The notes under the pieces are model-generated. The model searched no databases. It was not told where the DNA came from and saw nothing but the letters and a program-made list of their open reading frames with translations. A stretch of DNA of 64,000 nucleotides from NCBI GenBank assembly GCA_965200315.1, contig OZ241362.1, positions 2,656,001-2,720,000 on the forward strand, written 5' to 3'. The translations under genes were made by a program, and so were the position numbers. Shown here one piece after another: positions 1-8,866 of this stretch (position 1 is the first letter of the stretch; every line of letters starts with the position of its first letter). The stretch is from Candidatus Latescibacterota bacterium. GTDB taxonomy: Bacteria > Latescibacterota > UBA2968 > UBA8231.

Positions 1-2
1 CT

Positions 3-203
3 TACCATCGCCTCGACGCCAGTGCCAGCCGCGAGTTTGGGCTGTGGGGCCTCGACGCCGAGTTCTACCTGCAAATTTTCAATCTCTACAGCCGGCGCAA
101 CGAGTGGTTTGTGCTATTCGACACAAACAATTCCGAGACCGAGCCGGAGGTGTTCAAGCAACTGCCCATCGTGCCGACGCTGGGTTTCAATTTTGCGTTT
201 TGA
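3..203 (+). CDS. TonB-dependent receptor, C-terminal end (partial; gene begins upstream of the window)
   Basis: Not in the ORF track. Frame 3 translates to YHRLDASASREFGLWGLDAEFYLQIFNLYSRRNEWF...KQLPIVPTLGFNFAF*. YHRLD, FNLYxRRN and a terminal Phe are typical of TBDR barrel ends, and a DUF4249-type lipoprotein follows. Confidence 0.85.
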   Translation, partial: YHRLDASASREFGLWGLDAEFYLQIFNLYSRRNEWFVLFDTNNSETEPEVFKQLPIVPTLGFNFAF

Positions 204-210
204 GGAGAAA
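147..210 (+). repeat. Direct repeat copy 1 (last codons of the TBDR, stop and RBS)
   Basis: gaggtgttcaagcaactgcccatcgtgccgacgctgggtttcaattttgcgttttgaggagaaa; 57/64 identical to 715-778 by manual alignment. Confidence 0.95.
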
Positions 211-215
211 CAAAA

Positions 216-488
216 ATGGGGACGGAATGCATTCTCAGCGACTATCTTGAACAGGCCATGGAAGTGGCGGTTTACGACAAGTTGGATGACGGCACCTTCG
301 CCGGGCGGATTCCACCATGCAAGGGTGTTATTGCTTTTGGAACCACGCTGAAGGAGTGTGAACGTTTATTGCGCTCCACTTTGGAGGACTGGTTGCTCCT
401 CGGCCTGAGACTTGGGCACACTCTACCGGTTCTTTCGGGGATCAACCTAAATAAGGAACTAGCTCGTGAGCCGTTGGGTGCCATGTAA
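216..488 (+). CDS. hicB: HicB-family antitoxin (short form)
   Basis: 90 aa; YDKLDDGTFAGRIPPCKGVIAFGTTLKECERLLRSTLEDWL..LP pattern; overlaps a HicA-like ORF. Confidence 0.85.
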   Translation: MGTECILSDYLEQAMEVAVYDKLDDGTFAGRIPPCKGVIAFGTTLKECERLLRSTLEDWLLLGLRLGHTLPVLSGINLNKELAREPLGAM

Positions 489-696
489 GCGCATTCTTTT
501 TATTTGGCGCTTGCGTGGCCTTGGCTTTGACGGACCCTTCTCGGGTTCACGACATCAGTTCATGCTCCGTGGGAATCATCGACTAACCCTCCCGTCTAAC
601 GAGGAATACTCAGTTCCGCAGCTTCGTATGATGATTCGCGAAGTGGAAGGAATAATTGAACGGAGGATAACTTTAGACGAATGGAGTCGTCTATAG
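466..696 (+). CDS. hicA: HicA-family toxin
   Basis: 76 aa; LGFDGPFSGSRHQFM (conserved His) and LTLP; coupled to hicB in hicBA order. Confidence 0.85.
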   Translation: MSRWVPCKRILFIWRLRGLGFDGPFSGSRHQFMLRGNHRLTLPSNEEYSVPQLRMMIREVEGIIERRITLDEWSRL

Positions 697-714
697 CGGC
701 CGGGAATCCGGTCA

Positions 715-778
715 GAGGTGTTCAAACAGTTGCCCAGCGTGCCGACGCTGGGTTTCAACTTTGCGTTTTAAGGAGGAA
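715..778 (+). repeat. Direct repeat copy 2 (orphan TBDR 3' end; supplies the RBS for the lipoprotein gene)
   Basis: gaggtgttcaaacagttgcccagcgtgccgacgctgggtttcaactttgcgttttaaggaggaa, translating EVFKQLPSVPTLGFNFAF*. Confidence 0.95.
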
Positions 779-781
779 ATC

Positions 782-1834
782 GTGCGTTACGTTTTTACTA
801 AGTACCCGACACTTGGCTTGGGCGGGCGTTTTTGGGTATCGCCCTGGGATCGCGGGCGTCTCGCCCGCCTGCGGGCAGGATGCCCGCGATCCCAAGAAAA
901 CCCCTACGGTCGGGTACTTAGCGTTTTTATCGTATTATGCCTGACGGCTTGCGCTGCCGAGCGCCAGCCGGGGGATCTCTTCGGCTCGGTAGAAGAAGGC
1001 AGCGAGCTGGTGGTGGACGGGATTCTGCTAGTTGATCAGACCCTGCCCGAATTGTTCGTGCGGCGCACCCTGCCTCCCGGCCAAGCCTACAGCCGGGAAG
1101 CGGCGGGGGTGTCCAATGCCCAAGTGCGCGTCTTCCAAGGGGATCGAGTCTTTGAGTACGCACCCGACCCGGCTACACCCGGCCGCTATCTGCCACCATC
1201 AGATTCTCTCCAAGTGGAACCCCAGACCGAGTACCGGCTAGAAGTAAAAGTCGCGGGAAAGACGGTCCGGGCGAGCACCACCACGCCAGAGCGAGTGCGG
1301 ATACGGCAGGCGGTTTTATTGGACGAAGACACCCAAGAGATCATGCGGACTCTCAAGTCATTTGCCGAGGTGGGGGACGAGGTGTACACGGCACCGGAAA
1401 ATCAGCTTATCCATCTGGACGGCCTGCTCGAACTCCGCTTGGAAAAGGCGGGGGTGGCATACCAAGCGGCACTCTTCGCCTTGGAAGAGGACGCGCAGTT
1501 GCTCGACGAGGATTTCCCAGATATATACGACCAGGACCCGGAAGACTTGCGGGCCAACCAATCGCCGCCCTTCGCCGCCAGCGACGGAATCGTGCGCTGG
1601 CCGTGGTTCGCCGTGGTTTATACCGGGCGTTCTCTGATAAGGGTGTACGCACTCGACCACAACTGGTTTGAGTACGCCCGCTCTAGCCCCGACCTCCAAG
1701 AAGAACAGGGCGGCTTTGGGGGGATGGCTGGCGAAAATTTCGAGCGGCCGTTTTTTTCTGTGGAGGGCGGCATCGGGCTGTTCGGCTCGGCGTCGGTGGA
1801 TTCGGTGGGGTTCGTCGTTTTGCCGCGGCCGTAG
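782..1834 (+). CDS. DUF4249-like outer-membrane lipoprotein (TBDR partner) with an in-frame MITE in its signal peptide
   Basis: AGGAGG at 771-776, GTG at 782, lipobox LTAC, C-terminal VEGGIGLFGSAS typical of DUF4249 proteins, located downstream of a TBDR. Confidence 0.75.
   Translation: MRYVFTKYPTLGLGGRFWVSPWDRGRLARLRAGCPRSQENPYGRVLSVFIVLCLTACAAERQPGDLFGSVEEGSELVVDGILLVDQTLPELFVRRTLPPGQAYSREAAGVSNAQVRVFQGDRVFEYAPDPATPGRYLPPSDSLQVEPQTEYRLEVKVAGKTVRASTTTPERVRIRQAVLLDEDTQEIMRTLKSFAEVGDEVYTAPENQLIHLDGLLELRLEKAGVAYQAALFALEEDAQLLDEDFPDIYDQDPEDLRANQSPPFAASDGIVRWPWFAVVYTGRSLIRVYALDHNWFEYARSSPDLQEEQGGFGGMAGENFERPFFSVEGGIGLFGSASVDSVGFVVLPRP
798..921. mobile_element. MITE-like element, 124 bp, with 13-bp terminal inverted repeats and an 8-bp target-site duplication
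   Basis: CTAAGTACCCGAC (798-810) and GTCGGGTACTTAG (909-921) are perfect reverse complements. CGTTTTTA flanks both sides (790-797, 922-929). Internal inverted REP-like pair at 845-868 and 871-894. Confidence 0.9.
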
Positions 1835-1850
1835 CGCCCGGCGACAGCCG

Positions 1851-2354
1851 TTACTCCGCGCCCTGCGGCTTCCTGCCCGCTAAGTCCCGATCCATCAGAA
1901 AGAGGCCGTCGCGGCTTTCGACGATGCGCTCCATGTCGCTGACGATATTGCGGACGATGGCCTCCTCCTCCACCTGCTCGTTGACAAACCACTGCATAAA
2001 AGTATGCGTGGCGTGATCGCGCTCGGCGAGAGCCTCATCTACCACCGCATAGATTTTCTCGCTCAAAGCCCGCTCGCCTTCTAGGGCGAACTTGAAGGCG
2101 TCCAGCGGCGAGTCCCACTCGCTGTGTGGCGCAGCGATGGCCTGCAAGCGCACGCGGCCGTCGCGGTCGTTGATGAAAGCATAGACCCTTTCCGCGTGCA
2201 TCAGCTCCTCTTGGTACTGGATCTTCATCCAGTGGGCAAAACCATTGAGGTCGAGGTCCTCGAAATAAGCCGCCATCGACAGGTAGGTATAGGCCGAGGA
2301 AAACTCGTAATTGAGTTGATCGTTGAGTGCCTGCTGTAATTTTTCACTGAGCAT
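1851..2354 (-). CDS. ftnA: Non-heme ferritin
   Basis: 167 aa; LNDQLNYE..AYTYLSMAAYF, QYQEELMHA and MQWFVNEQVEEE ferroxidase motifs. Confidence 0.93.
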   Translation of the reverse strand: MLSEKLQQALNDQLNYEFSSAYTYLSMAAYFEDLDLNGFAHWMKIQYQEELMHAERVYAFINDRDGRVRLQAIAAPHSEWDSPLDAFKFALEGERALSEKIYAVVDEALAERDHATHTFMQWFVNEQVEEEAIVRNIVSDMERIVESRDGLFLMDRDLAGRKPQGAE

Positions 2355-4740
2355 CTTTTCCTCCTTGATTAGCGGCTACAATACTGTGGCCGGACTGCAC
2401 GGTCTCAGTCGCCTGCTTGAGCACTCGGCTGCGCTCGTACAACTCGGCTAAGTCCATTTCTCTGAGAAACACCAAGCCCCGCGTGGCGCGAATTAGGGGG
2501 CTGGGGTGTTCTTGAAACCACTCGCGGCCGAGGCACGTTTTGATTTTCTGGTACTGCTCTACCTGCACCCGGCGCGCCAGCTCCGAGAACGGGCCGTCGT
2601 GTTCGTAGCTGGGGAACGAAGCGTCGCGCTGAGAGATGAAATTGCTCATAAACGCGCTCTGCATAACCGAGAGCATGTTGAGCGAGACCGGCACAAAAAT
2701 GTTGGCCTCGCTGGGATCGAAGCGATACCACACATTGCGATAGCCCCAAACCTTGATGGGCGCGTCTTTGCGCTGCCGTTCGTAGCGACGCAGGGACTCG
2801 GTGACAGCCTGCAACACCTTGTAGTGCGTGTCCGGGCCGCTGGCCTCTGGGTCTAGTGCCACGCTAACCACATCGGGGGCGACTTCTTCGAGGAGCGAGA
2901 GCACGGGCAGCACGTCGCCTTCCACCGTCGGGTCCTCGGTAAAGAGGTCTCCCGTGTAAAACCCAAGGCGCAAGTGCTTAACGCTGGTGCAGTCCCACCC
3001 GAGATAGCCCCACGTACATTCGGCCTCCCACTCTCTACACAAACCCTTGAGGGTCTGCACTTGCGGCGCGTCTTTTTGGCCGGGATAGCGGCTGGCAAAA
3101 TAGGCATCCAGCTCGGCCAGTAGCTTCTCAATGCTCGCGCGGTCTTCGACGCCATACAGCGCGACGAGGTTGCGCAAGAAGCGCCGCGCCATCCCCTCGT
3201 CGCACATCCGCGCATCGTCGGCTGCCACCCCGTCGAGATACAGCCAAACATCGCGATTGCGGCCGTGCTCGTAGCTTGGCGCAAAGTAGTCTTCGGCTAG
3301 CAACTCAACGCACTCGTCACTGGGCAAGAAGTGCCGCAGCCGCTCGATGTGATCCTCGATAAAGCGGTTGGTCACCGCGGTGAAGCCGCCGGTGAAGCAG
3401 ACGAAGTAATGCACATTAGTAGCGTCGCGTACGTGGCGGACGATATAGGGCAGATAGCCGAGCATTAGGTCGTCGTGGTGCGGCTCGGTGTGGAGGAAGC
3501 GCGTACCGGAAAGGGTCTGGCAGCCGCGCTCAATTTTGCCGATCAAGCGGTCGCGCACCCTGTGCGTCAAGGTCTCGACCGGTTCGGCGCGCCCCTGCAA
3601 AAGCACCGCCCCTAGCTCGTCTTGCGCCAGCTCCGCCTCGGTCAAATCGACGACCTTCTTGCCCAATTTGCCAGCGAGCTCGACGACGATCTTTTCTACC
3701 GCTTCGTCGTCGATAGCCTGCTGCTGCAAAAGCACCCGCTGCCGCACCCGCAGCAACTTGGCCGCGCCGCGCGTGATGTAAAACCGCGCACTTGGCAGGC
3801 GGTGCAAGACCGAGGCCGGATAGCGCACATCGGCCGCTTGCTCAATGGCCGCGGCGACAATCCCCGCCTTGGCCTCGCCCGCCGCGATAATCACGGCGCA
3901 GGCATCGGGACGGGCGGCGATGGTGCCGAGGCCAATGGTAATGACCAACCGCTTGCGCGCTACCTCCATGCCACCTAAATCGGCGGCCGCGGCCGCTTGC
4001 GTCTCGTAGTTGACCTCAGTCAGCCGCGTCGTCGAGAAGTGGTCTGAGCCGCGCACGTTGAAGCCAATGTGTCCGTCCGGGCCAATACCGCCCAAAAAGA
4101 AGCCAATGCCGCCCAAGGCGCGGATTCGCTCCTCGTATTCCAAGCACCACTGGTCGATCCTTTGCAGCGCGTCTTGCTGCACTTGCTCCAATAGGGTGCG
4201 CGCAGGCCGGTGGCGCAGCGACAAGTCAACCGCGCCGTCGGGCCACACCTCGGCGAGAGTCTGGCCGGGCCGCAAGCCGATCTCGGCGCAGTTGATCAGC
4301 AGTGCTTTAGCCGGGTCGAGCCCAAAGCCGTCGATGTAGAAGCGGTTTACATAGCTGTAGAAGCTGTTGTCCTGCCGGGGATCTATTGGATAAAACTCGT
4401 CGATCTGCACAAAGTGCAGGCCGCGCAGTTCCGGCTTGCTCGCCGGATTGACGCCGGCTTCTGCGAGCATGCACTGGACTTCGGCTTCGCCCCAATGCCG
4501 CGTCAACTGCTGGACCCAACGGATGAAGTACTGCGGAGTCTTGCCCGTCGGCAACGAGATCACGCCCTCGGGATGCTCCTGCACCCATTCGATGAAGCGC
4601 ATCGCCGCCAGCTTGCCCAGCCCCGGGAAGTTCGCCACCACAATGGTTTTGATCTTTTCGCTCGGCGGATAGAGCGCGTCAAAGGGAGACGCGGTTACGG
4701 CGCGGCATTCGACAGGGGTGAGATCATGGGGGTCGGTCAT
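2344..4740 (-). CDS. nagB: Glucosamine-6-phosphate deaminase-like protein fused to a C-terminal PIG-L/LmbE-like domain
   Basis: N-terminal LPTGKTP, QIDEFYP, GGIGPDGHIGFN and ITIGLGTI (NagB); C-terminal EPHHDD and DPEASGPDTHYKVLQA. Confidence 0.8.
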   Translation of the reverse strand: MTDPHDLTPVECRAVTASPFDALYPPSEKIKTIVVANFPGLGKLAAMRFIEWVQEHPEGVISLPTGKTPQYFIRWVQQLTRHWGEAEVQCMLAEAGVNPASKPELRGLHFVQIDEFYPIDPRQDNSFYSYVNRFYIDGFGLDPAKALLINCAEIGLRPGQTLAEVWPDGAVDLSLRHRPARTLLEQVQQDALQRIDQWCLEYEERIRALGGIGFFLGGIGPDGHIGFNVRGSDHFSTTRLTEVNYETQAAAAADLGGMEVARKRLVITIGLGTIAARPDACAVIIAAGEAKAGIVAAAIEQAADVRYPASVLHRLPSARFYITRGAAKLLRVRQRVLLQQQAIDDEAVEKIVVELAGKLGKKVVDLTEAELAQDELGAVLLQGRAEPVETLTHRVRDRLIGKIERGCQTLSGTRFLHTEPHHDDLMLGYLPYIVRHVRDATNVHYFVCFTGGFTAVTNRFIEDHIERLRHFLPSDECVELLAEDYFAPSYEHGRNRDVWLYLDGVAADDARMCDEGMARRFLRNLVALYGVEDRASIEKLLAELDAYFASRYPGQKDAPQVQTLKGLCREWEAECTWGYLGWDCTSVKHLRLGFYTGDLFTEDPTVEGDVLPVLSLLEEVAPDVVSVALDPEASGPDTHYKVLQAVTESLRRYERQRKDAPIKVWGYRNVWYRFDPSEANIFVPVSLNMLSVMQSAFMSNFISQRDASFPSYEHDGPFSELARRVQVEQYQKIKTCLGREWFQEHPSPLIRATRGLVFLREMDLAELYERSRVLKQATETVQSGHSIVAANQGGKDAQ

Positions 4741-4771
4741 CGTTTAGATTCTCTCGCGGCGTCTTGCCCTA

Positions 4772-4795
4772 GTCGTTCCTGCGAAAACAGGAATC
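4772..4795. repeat. REP-like palindrome (GTCRTTCCYGCGAAxxCRGGAATC type)
   Basis: gtcgttcctgcgaaaacaggaatc contains the hairpin ttcctg...caggaa; intergenic. Confidence 0.55.
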
Positions 4796-4817
4796 GGTTT
4801 CTTTAGGCATCTAGTCA

Positions 4818-5954
4818 TTAGTTATCTACTCTTAGCTTTTCCGGATCGTATCCGTATTTTTCGAGTAACTTTTTAGCATGGCTAATGGCATATTTGCAGG
4901 AGGCATGACACTCAATGTAGAGATCGTTTTTTAGTCTATGTTCTGTAAAGAATTCACGGCCTGATGGGTGTGTGGGTTTTTGATCTATTAACACTCGTTT
5001 GCGACTTCCGGCTACTTTGATAGGGCAGTCTGACGATTTCAAATTTCCCTTATCTATCAGCCAGTTCGCAGTATTTATCAATATTTCATAAACACGTGTC
5101 AATTCATAATGCACACCATCGATTTCCATCCATTGGGGCTTGCTGGGCTTACTTTTTATTTGGACCTGGGTTTTGGCGTTGGATGTTTTTATGGATGAAT
5201 CCATCTTTTGTGGTTCAGGAATGAGAATCCATTTTTCCTGATGCAAACGAATGAACTGCGAAATTTCGCCAACGTCATTCTCCTGTAATTTGAGACCACA
5301 AATGTCCTCGGTTGTCTCTTTTATTATGTCCTCGGTTGTCTCTTTTATTAATTCCACCAATAATGATGAGCCGTTGCCGCTGTCCTCGATGATACGGTTC
5401 CATGCTTTGGGCATACTCTCTCTAAAGATCTTCTCCTTTTGCCGTCTATCCAAAATAGACTCGGCGTGTTGAACTGCTTTGCCAGAACCAACATTTTGTC
5501 GAGAAAGTAAAAGATCGAACTCGCCAGCAATATGCCTTATTTCTTGCTTTGAAATATCTAGAATATCAAATCGGCGATCTTTCCAATCACATTCTTTCAA
5601 TGAAAGATAGAACCACCAAGAAATTCCATTGGTCAAAATAGCTAGCTTAACCCCTCTCTCAAAGGAATAATCGAGGAGTTGCTTCTGGTGATTGTCCAAA
5701 TTCTCTCCCGGTTTCTTAGCTTCGAGAAACACTTTATTTTCGCCATTGATTTGTAAGGCATAGTCAACTCTTCGTTCTCCAACGCCATACTCTGCCTCAA
5801 TCTCAGGGCCGTAAATGTCCCAGCCAAGCAAACTCAAGATACGCTCAATAATCCTTCTCTTGGCATTTGCTTCGTTCAAGGTAGAAATACTAGCATCTTC
5901 TCTGATTTCTTTTAGGCAATCACCCAAGGTCTGCATAGTTGCTCCCTCCGTCAT
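4818..5954 (-). CDS. Stand-alone HsdR_N-like PD-(D/E)xK nuclease with a C-terminal putative DNA-binding domain
   Basis: NEANAK..IERILSLLGWD..EAEY..RVDYAL..FLEAKK, then QLLDY and AILTNG; markedly AT-rich relative to its flanks. Confidence 0.75.
   Translation of the reverse strand: MTEGATMQTLGDCLKEIREDASISTLNEANAKRRIIERILSLLGWDIYGPEIEAEYGVGERRVDYALQINGENKVFLEAKKPGENLDNHQKQLLDYSFERGVKLAILTNGISWWFYLSLKECDWKDRRFDILDISKQEIRHIAGEFDLLLSRQNVGSGKAVQHAESILDRRQKEKIFRESMPKAWNRIIEDSGNGSSLLVELIKETTEDIIKETTEDICGLKLQENDVGEISQFIRLHQEKWILIPEPQKMDSSIKTSNAKTQVQIKSKPSKPQWMEIDGVHYELTRVYEILINTANWLIDKGNLKSSDCPIKVAGSRKRVLIDQKPTHPSGREFFTEHRLKNDLYIECHASCKYAISHAKKLLEKYGYDPEKLRVDN
5302..5349. repeat. 24-bp perfect tandem duplication, in frame (IKETTEDI x2)
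   Basis: atgtcctcggttgtctcttttatt occurs twice back to back. Confidence 0.95.
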
Positions 5955-5984
5955 AAATCCGCATGACTTACAATCTACAAATCC

Positions 5985-7694
5985 TTACCACAACACCACA
6001 AAAAGCAAAATACTCGCCACCGCTAGATAAACCCCGATCCACACCCCCGGGCGCAAATACCACTTAGGACCATTTTCGCCGACCGCAAAGGGGTATTCCG
6101 GTCGAATCGGAGCTTCCACTAGCGTCTTCTGCAACCACGTGCCTTCCAACGCCGCGAGCCGCCGGGCCATGAGCAGACGCAGTGCAACCGGGTCTTCGTG
6201 GCGCATGTAAATTAGCCCGCGCAACTCCTCGTCGCACACCGGACCGCGCCGCCAATCAATCAGCTTGGAGGCGACGAGCATGCTCACCGCCGGCAGCACC
6301 AAGTTCCACAGGTAGGTCCACCACGTGTTCTGGTACCACACCGGCAGCGGCCACTCGTTAAAATCGGCCAAGATCGCCGACATCCCATAGCCAAGCCCCA
6401 CCAGCAAGCCGACGATCCCAGTTTGGCGATGCACCTTCGTAAAAACGCCCATCAAAATGACCGTCATCAGCGGCACGGCAATGGCCCCGGCCAGCCGCAG
6501 GTAGAACAGCAGCATCCCCTTCTCGCCCAAAAAGGGCACATAGATAAAGCCCAGCGCCAGAATGATCGGCACCGATATCCGGCCCACCTTGGTGTAGTGC
6601 GCGTCCGTGCCGTTTTTGACGATGAAACGCGCGTACACGTCGCGCACAAACAGCGACGAAATGCCAATGCCAATCGAATCAAAAGTCGAGTACCCGGCCG
6701 CCACCAAGCCCGCGACCACTAGCCCGACCAACCCCGCCGGCAGGTACGCCTCAATCATCAGGGGATAGGCCTGATCGACGATTTCCAAGCCGGGAAACTG
6801 CGCCCGCGCCATCGGCCCCAAGCTGACGTTGAAGAACAGGCAGATCGCCGTGGCGATGCTGGCCACCAGCGCGGCCATTTTGAAGTCCCACTCCGAGCGG
6901 GCGCCGAGGAAGCGGATGGCCTCGTACTGATTGATGACCGCATACGTGGTCAACACCACCAAAAAGCCGAAGATCACTATGAAGGGAGGCACACCGGGCG
7001 GCGAATAGCCCCCCACGTGCAGCAGCGTATCCGCCAGTCCTTCTTCCACGGCCTCCAGCCGCGCCGTCACTCCGTCCCAGCCACCCAAACCCGAATAGAC
7101 GAATCCCCAGAGCACAAAAGAGGCCACGATCATCGTCGCGCTTTGCAACGCGTCGGTCAGCACCCCAGCTCGCAAGCCGCCGCGCACGATGTAGAGCACC
7201 GAGCTGAGTGCCACGCCCACCACCACCAACCAACACGTCGTCTCCTCAATTCCGGCGACTACATTGAGCACCAGAAACATGGAAAAGAAGATGTTGCCCA
7301 GCACGTTGGTCCGCGATTGGACGTTGATCAAGACCGCCAACAGACGGGCCGCTGGCCCGAAGCGGAACTCCAGCCACTCGGCGTTGGTAAAAACCCCAGA
7401 GCGGTACATTGGCACGATGACGAAGAAGCTGAGCACGGTCCAGCCCACGGCAATGCCCAGCCACCACTGCGCCAGTTGCGACAGCCCTAGGTTATAAGAC
7501 CCGCCGACAATGCCGACGTAATCGCCGCTATCAACGGCCGTGCCAAACGCCGACAGCCCGATCACCCACCAAGGCATGGACTTGGCCGCCAAGTACCAAT
7601 CGAAGCTCTCGCCCTTGTTGCGGAAGGCAATCAGGCTGTAGGTGACGATGCCGCCGTTGAGGACCAAGACGACGGCCCAGTCTAAAGAGGTCAT
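5985..7694 (-). CDS. Sodium:solute symporter (SSS family)
   Basis: Start revised to MTSLDWAVV; YLAAKSMPWWVIGLS, EWLEFRFG, GGLRAGVLTDALQS, LPAGLVGLVVAGLVAA; many TM helices. Confidence 0.9.
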   Translation of the reverse strand: MTSLDWAVVLVLNGGIVTYSLIAFRNKGESFDWYLAAKSMPWWVIGLSAFGTAVDSGDYVGIVGGSYNLGLSQLAQWWLGIAVGWTVLSFFVIVPMYRSGVFTNAEWLEFRFGPAARLLAVLINVQSRTNVLGNIFFSMFLVLNVVAGIEETTCWLVVVGVALSSVLYIVRGGLRAGVLTDALQSATMIVASFVLWGFVYSGLGGWDGVTARLEAVEEGLADTLLHVGGYSPPGVPPFIVIFGFLVVLTTYAVINQYEAIRFLGARSEWDFKMAALVASIATAICLFFNVSLGPMARAQFPGLEIVDQAYPLMIEAYLPAGLVGLVVAGLVAAGYSTFDSIGIGISSLFVRDVYARFIVKNGTDAHYTKVGRISVPIILALGFIYVPFLGEKGMLLFYLRLAGAIAVPLMTVILMGVFTKVHRQTGIVGLLVGLGYGMSAILADFNEWPLPVWYQNTWWTYLWNLVLPAVSMLVASKLIDWRRGPVCDEELRGLIYMRHEDPVALRLLMARRLAALEGTWLQKTLVEAPIRPEYPFAVGENGPKWYLRPGVWIGVYLAVASILLFVVLW

Positions 7695-7698
7695 CGCG

Positions 7699-8724
7699 TC
7701 ACGGGGCCGGCAGGTGGTATCCGTCCTTGCCGACTTGTATCTTGGCCAAGATGCCTCGATTTTCCGGCGGTGCACCTCCTCCATAGGTGACGTAGAGCGT
7801 CTTGCTCTCCTCGCCGCGGCCAAACGCCACATTGGTCGGAACCACGGGCGTGGGGATATAGCCTAGTTCCTCGCCCTGCGGGGAATACACCACAATGCCC
7901 GGGCGCGTCACGTCCCGCACCGCTACGTATAGATTCCCCTCGACATCGGCGACTAGGCCGTCCGGCCCGTCTTCGGGATAGTAATCGACTAGCACCTCGC
8001 GGAATGTGGCCGTGCCGTCGGGGTGCAGGTCGTACGCCAACAGAGCCATCCGGCCCTTGTGTGCGGGCGTACCTTCCAAGCGGAAAATCCCCGTGTTGCC
8101 GTTGTCGTTGCTCACCACGTAGAGCGACTGCTGGTCCGGGGACACGCAAACGCCGTTGGGCTTGCCCGCGTCGGTGATGATCCGCTCGATGGTGCCGTCC
8201 GGATCAATCCGGTACACCGCCATCACCGGCTGGTCGAGCGGCTCGTGGCCGAGGTAGCGCGGGTCGCTGAAGTAGATGCGGCCCTTCTCGTCGATGGAAA
8301 TGTCGTTGGGGGCGTTAAAGGGGCGGCCCTCGTACAGCCCGGCGATGATCTCGGCCTTACCGGTTGTAAGGTCCGTGCGCGTCACGCGCTGCCCCCCGAA
8401 ATCCGCGCCCTCCGCGGCGATTAGTCGGCCCATCGCGTCGAACTTGAGGCCGTTGGACATGCCGCTGGGCGAGCGGTAGATCGCGGTCTGGCCGGTTTTG
8501 GGGTCGTAGCGCCAGATGTGCCCGGCTTGCATCCCCGAAGGCTTGGAAAAGGTAATGTCGCTAAAGAAAACCGAGCCATCTAGGGCCACGGCCGGCCCCT
8601 CGGAAAAGAAGGCCCCGTCGAAGAGCACTTCGAGCTTGGCCCCGGCGGGAACGATGGACGGCTCTTGGGCGAAGGTCGGGCTGGCCAGCAGCACCAGTGC
8701 GATTGCAGCGAGACGTTGCAGCAT
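7699..8724 (-). CDS. Secreted SMP-30/gluconolactonase/LRE family protein
   Basis: Signal peptide; EGP, FSDI, SNGL, FNAPND, PNG..SPD and PDGL..DVEGNLY motifs; RBS AAGGAGG upstream. Confidence 0.9.
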   Translation of the reverse strand: MLQRLAAIALVLLASPTFAQEPSIVPAGAKLEVLFDGAFFSEGPAVALDGSVFFSDITFSKPSGMQAGHIWRYDPKTGQTAIYRSPSGMSNGLKFDAMGRLIAAEGADFGGQRVTRTDLTTGKAEIIAGLYEGRPFNAPNDISIDEKGRIYFSDPRYLGHEPLDQPVMAVYRIDPDGTIERIITDAGKPNGVCVSPDQQSLYVVSNDNGNTGIFRLEGTPAHKGRMALLAYDLHPDGTATFREVLVDYYPEDGPDGLVADVEGNLYVAVRDVTRPGIVVYSPQGEELGYIPTPVVPTNVAFGRGEESKTLYVTYGGGAPPENRGILAKIQVGKDGYHLPAP

Positions 8725-8813
8725 AGTATCCCTCCTTGGAGTATGTGAAAGCCAAAGATTCATTAGGTGGTAATTGACGTTCCGCGGCCTCGTGCGCCAA
8801 GCACTGGCACGCT

Positions 8814-8845
8814 CCCTGTCGTGCTGAGCCCAGTCGAAGCAGGGG
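8814..8845. repeat. REP-like element (CTTCGACxxGCTCAG type, on the minus strand)
   Basis: ccctgtcgtgctgagcccagtcgaagcagggg; related to the motif at 33304-33326. Confidence 0.5.
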
Positions 8846-8866
8846 GTTCCAGACAGCTTCTACTGC

